From Ascoidea asiatica JCM 7603 (Eukaryota; Fungi; Ascomycota), in the NCBI GenBank assembly GCA_001600695.1, contig BCKQ01000003.1, positions 1,890,392 to 1,954,391 of the forward strand: 64,000 bases of DNA, given 5' to 3'. A model generated the notes under the pieces. It had not been told where the DNA came from and did not search any database. It saw only the letters and a program-made list of their open reading frames with translations. Made by a program: the position numbers and the translations under genes. This document shows, in pieces, positions 56,676-64,000 of this stretch (its first letter is position 1; every line of letters starts with the position of its first letter).

Positions 56676-57749
56676 ATGGCATCTAATATATTAGTGGATG
56701 CTTCAAGTTTCATATCGATTGGTTCAAGGGTAACTTATCCTTCTTCAATAAAATGTGGAAATATTTCTATTAATCTTTTGAATCAAGTTCGTCATGCTTC
56801 AAGAAGAAGAATTGCTTATCCATTTTATAAAGCAGAGTTTTTAGGAAGAGTTAATCCTAAATCTCATAAATCTAATCTTGGATATATGTTAGAACAATTT
56901 TTAGGTCCAAAAAATTATAAAGGTGAATATATTTATAATAAATATTATTATCCACCAACAGATCATAATCCAAATTATATAACTCCAGAACTTGAAAAAG
57001 GTCAAGCTGTTAATAATCCATATAAAATTGATGATACATATTCAAATTCAAATAAATCAAGAGATAATGAATCAAATGATTCTTCACAAAGAAGACAAAC
57101 ATTTAAATCAAGAGAAAGATCTTTACAACCATTTCCATTAAATCCATTTTGTAAAACAAATTCAATAATTTCAAATGAATTAAAAGAAACAATATTAAAG
57201 GATTTAAAAGAAAAAAATTTACCAATTCAAGAAGTTGCATTTAAATATGGTATAAAAATTCCAAGAATTGAAGCACTTTTAAAATTAAATGAAATTAAAT
57301 TAAAATTTAATAAAAAAAATAATTTAAATAAAAATTTACAATTAATGAAAAATAAAGTTTATAAAATGTTTCCATTATTTAATCCAATTATAAAACCAGA
57401 AAATTTAACAGAAATTCCAATTCCTTTAAAAACATTAAAATCAAGATTTTTAACAATAAATGAAAGTGAACCTTTTGGACCAATTGATGCAGCAAAAATT
57501 TTAGATTTAGAACCTGCAAAATTAACTTTAGAAAATTTATCAAAAATTGAAGAAAATGATAAAGATAATAATAATAAAAATTTAAACAAAGTTTACTATG
57601 CATCAGTTTTAAAAGGTGAAAGATATCAATTTAAATTTATTAATTCAAAAGTTGGAAAAGTTGGTTATAGATATGGAACATCAATTAGAGATAATAAAAA
57701 AGATAGAAAAATTGGATTTGATTCTGTCGGTAGAATGATTTATCTTTAA
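56676..57749 (+). CDS. MRPS35: Mitochondrial ribosomal protein mS45
   Basis: QVRHASRRRIAYPFY, FLGPKNYKGEY, QPFPLNPFCKTN, KYGIKIPRIEA, ESEPFGPIDAA, VGYRYG. Confidence 0.93.
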   Translation: MASNILVDASSFISIGSRVTYPSSIKCGNISINLLNQVRHASRRRIAYPFYKAEFLGRVNPKSHKSNLGYMLEQFLGPKNYKGEYIYNKYYYPPTDHNPNYITPELEKGQAVNNPYKIDDTYSNSNKSRDNESNDSSQRRQTFKSRERSLQPFPLNPFCKTNSIISNELKETILKDLKEKNLPIQEVAFKYGIKIPRIEALLKLNEIKLKFNKKNNLNKNLQLMKNKVYKMFPLFNPIIKPENLTEIPIPLKTLKSRFLTINESEPFGPIDAAKILDLEPAKLTLENLSKIEENDKDNNNKNLNKVYYASVLKGERYQFKFINSKVGKVGYRYGTSIRDNKKDRKIGFDSVGRMIYL

Positions 57750-58272
57750 AGAAAAATATTTCATGAATCATCATTGAATAGGTAATTGTATAAATAAATA
57801 ATTTCTAATGAATAAATTGTAAATAAATTCAATCAATTAAATGTTATGTTATTAAATAATTAAATTACTGGAATATAAAATGCGCTTCGATATGGCGCGT
57901 TAAATACCTAAAAAAGAATGGGGACGACAAAGTGTTTCTAGTCTTTTCCGGGTGCTGTTGCTGTTGACTAATCACACACGGGAACAGCGCAGTCATGCTA
58001 CGTCCCACACTTGCAGTCTGTAGTCGCTAACTTAGTTAACCTGGCTAGTTTTTTCATCCACCTTTGCCATCATCATCTACTGGTAAACTTTGAGGATTAA
58101 CTATTTTGTTTTTATAAAAAGAGTATATTGCTATGTGATTTCATTAAGATTTGTTATCTTAATTATTTTATTTATTATTATTATAAAAGTTGGTAACAGA
58201 ATATAATATATAAAAGAATAAATTAAACTAAATTAAATCAATTTAAATTAAATAAGAAAGTAATTTTACAAA

Positions 58273-58740
58273 ATGTCTTGGAATTCAAATGTTGATTGGG
58301 ATAAAGATACAGTAATTGGACGTAATGCTAATCGTGGTAGTTCAGGACCTCGTCAAACAGTAATTAAAGCTCAAGGTAAAATCAATCAAGCTAGAAGATC
58401 TGGTGCAGTTGTTTCAGTTGATAAGAAATATGCTACAGGTAATAAAAGACAAGATTCTGAAGGTCAAAGATTAACAAAAGTTGATAGAGAAGATGATATT
58501 GTTAAACCAAAAACTGTTGATCCAGTTGTTGGTAAAACTATTGCTAAAGTTAGATTAGAAAAAAAATTTACTCAAAAAGATTTAGCAACAAAAGTTAATG
58601 AAAAACCAAGTGTTATTAATGATTATGAAGCAGGTAGAGCTACCCCAAATCAACAATTATTAGGTAAATTGGAAAGAGTCTTAGGTGTCAAATTAAGAGG
58701 TAAATCTATTGGTGAACCTTTATTTGGAAAGAAAAAATAA
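58273..58740 (+). CDS. MBF1: Multiprotein bridging factor 1
   Basis: [49 protein letters not shown]. Confidence 0.97.
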   Translation: MSWNSNVDWDKDTVIGRNANRGSSGPRQTVIKAQGKINQARRSGAVVSVDKKYATGNKRQDSEGQRLTKVDREDDIVKPKTVDPVVGKTIAKVRLEKKFTQKDLATKVNEKPSVINDYEAGRATPNQQLLGKLERVLGVKLRGKSIGEPLFGKKK

Positions 58741-59027
58741 TTCAATTCAGTTGAATTTACTAAAAATTAAGAGATTAGAAGAAATAATTATAATAAAAAG
58801 AATGGCTATACCAATTTTTTATATTTTTAAAACATTCACATCTGAATGCTTGTTCTAAATACTAATCGATTTTAAATTTTGGACTGAATTTAATTTTTAC
58901 AAAACTTATAAAACATTATCACTTTATAGCATTAGGTATGATATTGAATATACCCTTCAATTTTTTTTATTTTTTTTTTTTTTTTTTTCCATTTTTTATT
59001 TTTGTTCTTTTTCATCTTTCCTTATTT

Positions 59028-59087
59028 ATGAATTATCAATGAATTATCAATGAAATATCAATGAATTATCAATGAAATATCAATGAA
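59028..59087. repeat. Tandem repeat (ATGAA(T/A)TATCA)x5
   Basis: Five 11-bp units plus a partial unit. Confidence 0.85.
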
Positions 59088-59339
59088 TATTATCTATGAA
59101 TATACGATTATTTAACACTTCTAGAAAAGTATTAAAGTAAAATTTAAAATATAAAATAAAAGAAGATTCAGCTGAAACTGATGACTCTGAAAATAAAAAC
59201 ATACTGTATGTACGTAGTTAAATACCATCCCACCCGAACAATATGGAATTCTTTGCCCTTCTGAAACATTCAAATTGCAGCTCGGAGTAATTCAGAGGAC
59301 TCCAGAACCAAGAGATTGGTTTTAAAAGTGCTAGTCAAG

Positions 59340-59950
59340 CAGTAAGAGTCACGTGAGCTAATTTATTAACCGAGCTAAAGCCGCACCGCTTTGTGAAGTA
59401 CAACAAGGTTTACTCAGCGCCACTGTGCTGCGGATGGCGATTTGGCTTGTTTTAATTATAAGTAGCCGGGTAACACACTAAACTTACGACATTTTCAAAA
59501 ATCAAGGACGTATTGGCGCATACGAGAGGGAGTGAGGTCTTGTTTTCGGAGGGCCTCCGAAAAGCAGTGGCCAATAGGATCCGACGAGGGATCGAAGTAG
59601 GGGCTGCTCTGCCTTTTTGTGACAGGGCCGTGGGCGATGACATGGGAGCGAGCCGCAGGCCGAGTGGCGTGGCTTGAGAGACTGGAGAGGCTGGCGTGGC
59701 TGGTAGCAAGCGGTTGTGGAGCAGCGCGCATCGACGATTCGATGAGATCGAACGCGATGGAATCTCCTCGACACGCATCAAACGTCTGTTGGGCTGATGT
59801 TATTGGCTTCAGTAAAGCTTTGCCCTGGGCCTTTTGCTAGATTTACTCTGACTTTGGTCTGTTTTCGCTTACTTTTGCTGTACCGTCAATGTTTCCTCTC
59901 TAACAATACCGTTAATTTCCATGGGAGTACTGTAGGTAGTTCTAGTGCTT
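59340..59950. promoter_or_regulatory. GC-rich promoter island upstream of CPR1 with Cbf1-type, Reb1-type and palindromic CGG sites
   Basis: GTCACGTG 59348-59355, CCGGGTAA 59466-59473, TTTTCGGAGG-G-CCTCCGAAAA 59543-59563. Confidence 0.55.
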
Positions 59951-60162
59951 CTCACTAAATTACGCCATTTTGGTATTTTCTTCAAATTTAATATAAATAC
60001 TTCTTTTCCTCTTCTTTTTAAACAAAAATTTTAACTTCTTTTTAATCAATTAAGTATTCAATTGTTGTTATTTATATATATATATTATATCAATAGCCTT
60101 TTCTTTACTTTTTTTTCAGTTTAATTTGATACTTTTTTTCCATATTTAAAATTATAATAAAA

Positions 60163-60651
60163 ATGTCTAAAGTTTATTTTGATATTACTGCTGATGGAAA
60201 ACCATTAGGTCGTATTGTTTTTGAATTATATTCAAATGTTGTTCCAAAAACTACAGAAAATTTCCGTGCTTTATGTACTGGTGAAAAAGGTTATGGTTAT
60301 GCTGGTTCTAAATTTCATCGTGTTATTCCACAATTTATGTTACAAGGTGGTGATTTTACAAGAGGTAATGGAACTGGTGGTAAATCAATTTATGGTGAAA
60401 AATTTAGTGATGAAAATTTCTCCGTAAGACATACAAAACCAGGTTTATTATCAATGGCTAATGCTGGTCCAAATACTAATGGTTCTCAATTTTTTATAAC
60501 TACTATTCCATGTCCTTGGTTAGATGGTAAACATGTTGTTTTCGGTGAAGTTACTTCTGGTTATGATGTAGTTAAAAAAGTTGAATCTTTTGGTTCTAAT
60601 TCTGGTTCAACTAGAGCAAATGTTGTTATTTCTGCTTGTGGTGAATTATAA
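60163..60651 (+). CDS. CPR1: Cyclophilin A peptidyl-prolyl isomerase
   Basis: [58 protein letters not shown]. Confidence 0.98.
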   Translation: MSKVYFDITADGKPLGRIVFELYSNVVPKTTENFRALCTGEKGYGYAGSKFHRVIPQFMLQGGDFTRGNGTGGKSIYGEKFSDENFSVRHTKPGLLSMANAGPNTNGSQFFITTIPCPWLDGKHVVFGEVTSGYDVVKKVESFGSNSGSTRANVVISACGEL

Positions 60652-60846
60652 TCAAAACTATAAGAACTTAAATAGCCCTTTTTAAATAAATGATTTTATG
60701 ATTTAATTCAATTTTTAATTATTTTATAAATTAATGTACTAATTTGTTTAATTATATTGTAAAACTCTATTACAAATCTCTATTATAAAAAAAATCTATA
60801 TTAAAGTTTCTATTGTAATTTGAATAAGAAATTGGAATTTGAAAAT

Positions 60847-61986
60847 TCAATTGTTAACATTACTGATACCTTTACCTTTTTCTAATAATATATTTATAAT
60901 ATTTTTTTGACAATTTATTGCACTTTTTTGAATATTTTCAAAAGTTCCACTACCAATATGTGGTGTACAAATAACATTATTAAATTTTAATAATTCTTCA
61001 CTAATATATGGTTCATTTTCAAATACATCTAATCCTGCATATGAAATATATTTATTTTTAATTCCTTCAATTAAATCTAATTCATTAATAATTTTTCCTC
61101 TACTTATATTAATAATTTTAATTCCTTTTTTACAATAATAAATTGTTTTTTTATTTAATAAATATTTTGTTTTTTCATTTAATGGTAATGAAAATATTAT
61201 TACATCACAAATTGATGCAATTTCTTTAAAATTTGAATGATAAATTAATGGAAAATTTAATTCAAATTTTTTAATTTCTTCATTTGTTAATTCTTTACTC
61301 TTAGTATAATGAATAATCATATTCATTGAATTTAATCTTTTAGCTAATTCTTTACCAATTGATCCTAATCCAACAATACCTGCAACTTTACCTTTAATTG
61401 AATTGAAATTTTTATTTGGTAAAATAATTTCATTATTATTATTATTTATAATAGTATTAAAATATCTAAAAGAATTAATAACATTAAATAATGCAACATC
61501 CGCAACTTGATCTGATGCTAAAGATGGTGTATTACAAAGAATTATATTTCTTTCTTTTAATAATTTTAGATCAAATCTATCATATCCATTTGAACTTGTT
61601 GCAATTACTCTTAAACTTTTTGGAAAATTATTAATAATTTCTTCATTAACTGGTATTATACCATTTTTACTCATTATACCACCATTACCCCCTGACGCAA
61701 ACCAAAGTGCATTAATATCATAATATTTATTTTCCAAATCAATTAAAAATTGTTCTTTTGATGAAAATGTATAAAACTATCAAATTGTTAGTTAATTAAT
61801 TTTAAGTTATTGGTCATTATATGAAAAAAAAATTTTTAATCAATTAATTTCATTATTTCCAATAAAATTTAACATTATTTAACTCACTTGAACATCAAAT
61901 TTAGCGTTAAATTCTTTAAATTCATCACTATCAATGAAAACTTCATTAACTGCTAATACTTTTAACAAAGGTTTATCATTCGTCAT
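60847..61986 (-). CDS. D-isomer-specific 2-hydroxyacid dehydrogenase (glyoxylate-reductase-like), 2 exons (61986-61888, 61776-60847), about 342 aa
   Basis: GYDRFD, GIVGLGSIGK, INISRG, GLDVFENEP, TPHIGS; upstream exon MTNDKPLLKVL...FDVQ joins in frame. Confidence 0.9.
61777..61887 (-). other. Spliceosomal intron (111 nt, GTGAGT...AACTAAC...TAG)
   Basis: Phase-0 join supplies an ATG to an ORF that otherwise starts at TTG. Confidence 0.85.
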
Positions 61987-62579
61987 GACTATTTTAGAGA
62001 ATATATGTCTAATTCCATTAATAATTATGATTCTATTATTTACTTTAATTCATTTATTTCAATTATTTCTCGATTCTTAGATTCATTGAGTAAAAGTGAC
62101 TTGTTCAGAAATTGAAACCATTTTTGAGGGTCTTCTTTTTCTGGAAAAGACTTACTCAAATTTACAGCGCAGAAATAATAAATATTATGCCAAATTTGGC
62201 AAAAGATTGTTGAAATGTGAAATTATAATGCATTACATGATATTTCAGGAAAACATTTCATAAAATATCATAAAAGATGAAGAAGAAGAAGAAAAAGAAA
62301 AAGAAAAAGAAAAAAAATACTTGTATATAATGTTACTGATTACACTTATTACTTTGGTTATGAATGAATGACCAACTTAATTTGAGTATAAATGCACTAA
62401 TGTATATAATATGAGAATGAATAAAGAAAGTAAAAGGAAGCCAAGTTTAATGTACAATTTCAGCAAAAATGAAATAGGAATTGAACAAAAAAAAAGAAAG
62501 TTGAAAACTTTCAAATGAAAAGCAAATGGATTATGAGAAAGAGAATTGAAAAATGAAGAAAAATTAATTTAATTAAGTA

Positions 62580-64000
62580 CTATTTTGTCCATAAACAGAC
62601 TGTATTATCAGCACCTGCACTAGCTAATATACATCTTATACTTTTATCCAATTTAATTAATTCTTTTTTTTCTTTTTCTTTAGCTCTTATTGATTCTTTT
62701 AATGAATTTTCTTCTTTCAATATTTCTTCTTTTGATTTCAGACCATTTATTTCTTCTTTTGATTGATTATTAATACTTTTATCTTTATCAGAACTGTTTG
62801 AATTATCAGAAAGTTTATCATTTCCATTAACTTGATTTTTATTATTTTCTTTTTCTTTTTCTTTCTCATTTTGATTTTGATTTTCGGCGTTAACAATAGA
62901 TATTTTATTATTATTTTCATTATCATTATCATTATCACTTTCATTGTCGATTGTATTTTCAAAATTTATACAAGGAGCAAAACAAATTTCATTTATAAAA
63001 CTTTGATGAGCACCAGATAAAGTTCTTATACATTTTATATTATCATAATTTGATAAAGTTAAATCCCAAATTTTTATAGTTTTATCATCAGAAGAAGAAA
63101 ATAAATATCTTCCACTTGGATGAATTTGTAAAGATCTAACCCAAGAAGTATGACCTTTTAAATCAACTAATAAAGTTCCAGTTGGATTTGAAGAAGGTAA
63201 TGGAGGTCTATGTGGTCTTATAATTGGTAAAGGTAATAACCAAATTTTAATTGAATCATCTCTTGCACATGAACAACAATATTTATAACCTAATTTATCA
63301 TAATTTTGATTATTTATTAATTCATTTGATAATAATTTTTTAGCTAATTTATCAAGAAATTTATTTGAAATTAATGGAAAAAATTTACAATCTTCAACAA
63401 CTTGATTATGACCAATTAATAAAGCTAAACCATTACCAGAATCACCATGAGATAATCTAATTGATTGATCATTTGAACAAGATAATAAAAAATCATCATT
63501 TTTAGAAATATGTAAAGATCTAACCCAATTTGAATGTCCAATAAAAGATTTTAAGCACCAACCATTAGTTATATCCCATAATCTTATTGAATTATCTCTT
63601 GAACAACTAAATAAATGATTTGGATTTGAATTTTTAAAAATTACAGAAGATATTGAATGATCATGACCTGATAAAGTTCTTATTAAATTATAATTATTAT
63701 TTGAATCCCAAATTTTTATAAATAAATCTGAAGAACAAGTTACCATTAAATATGATTTATTTGAATTTGAATTTAAATTCTGAATTGAATTATTATCTAT
63801 TATATTATTATTATTATTATTGTTATTATTTGAGGATATGGTATTCGATATTGAATTATTATTGTTAATATTTTTAATATTATTTATATTATTTGTATTA
63901 TTTGATAAAGAAAGATCAATTGGTAATGGAGAAAAACAACAATGATTAATTGATCTTGAATGAGCATTTTTATTTGATAATTCAGGTTGAATTGGATTTA
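62580..64000 (-). CDS. PAC1: Pac1/LIS1 WD40 dynein regulator (partial; 5' end beyond window)
   Basis: TCSSDLFIKIWD, TLSGHDHSISSV, SCSRDNSIRLWD..GWCLKSFIGHSNWVR, GHTSWVR..HPSGRYLFSSSDDKTIKIWDL; frame stays open from 63746 to the window edge. Confidence 0.9.
   Translation of the reverse strand, partial: NPIQPELSNKNAHSRSINHCCFSPLPIDLSLSNNTNNINNIKNINNNNSISNTISSNNNNNNNNNIIDNNSIQNLNSNSNKSYLMVTCSSDLFIKIWDSNNNYNLIRTLSGHDHSISSVIFKNSNPNHLFSCSRDNSIRLWDITNGWCLKSFIGHSNWVRSLHISKNDDFLLSCSNDQSIRLSHGDSGNGLALLIGHNQVVEDCKFFPLISNKFLDKLAKKLLSNELINNQNYDKLGYKYCCSCARDDSIKIWLLPLPIIRPHRPPLPSSNPTGTLLVDLKGHTSWVRSLQIHPSGRYLFSSSDDKTIKIWDLTLSNYDNIKCIRTLSGAHQSFINEICFAPCINFENTIDNESDNDNDNENNNKISIVNAENQNQNEKEKEKENNKNQVNGNDKLSDNSNSSDKDKSINNQSKEEINGLKSKEEILKEENSLKESIRAKEKEKKELIKLDKSIRCILASAGADNTVCLWTK

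Noticed and set aside
59452-59840. Overlapping short ORFs, or an RNase P/MRP/SRP/snRNA gene, in the GC island
   Set aside because: No recognisable protein; none of the conserved ncRNA signature motifs were found.

Overview
AT-rich, intron-containing budding-yeast (Saccharomycotina) chromosomal segment. The GH3 gene and poly-Asn-rich proteins are compatible with an Ascoidea/Saccharomycopsis-like lineage, but this is inference only. About 27 protein-coding genes: CTF4 (3' end), THI80, RSM7, ADE5,7, an MCH-type MFS transporter, NMA1, RRF1, a LAM5/6-type GRAM-VASt protein, VPS62, SEC23, a spliced GH3 beta-glucosidase, spliced ECM1, an LRR protein, MDM34, a Dot6-type Myb factor behind a 5-kb intergenic region, a ferroportin, NCBP3, SFH5, MRPS35, MBF1, CPR1, a spliced 2-hydroxyacid dehydrogenase, PAC1/LIS1 (5'-truncated) and two hypothetical ORFs. 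Most notable: (i) an apparently domesticated hAT transposase with three near-identical BED zinc fingers and a degenerate catalytic core; (ii) a Mutator-derived WRKY/GCM1-type zinc-finger protein with no transposase domain; (iii) a plant-IREG-like ferroportin; (iv) recurring GC-rich promoter islands with an apparent G/C strand-skew flip and very AT-rich, poly-Asn flanks; (v) an atypical GTTTGT...AAG intron. No tRNA, rRNA, CRISPR array or intact transposon was found. All homology calls are from recalled motifs, not database searches.
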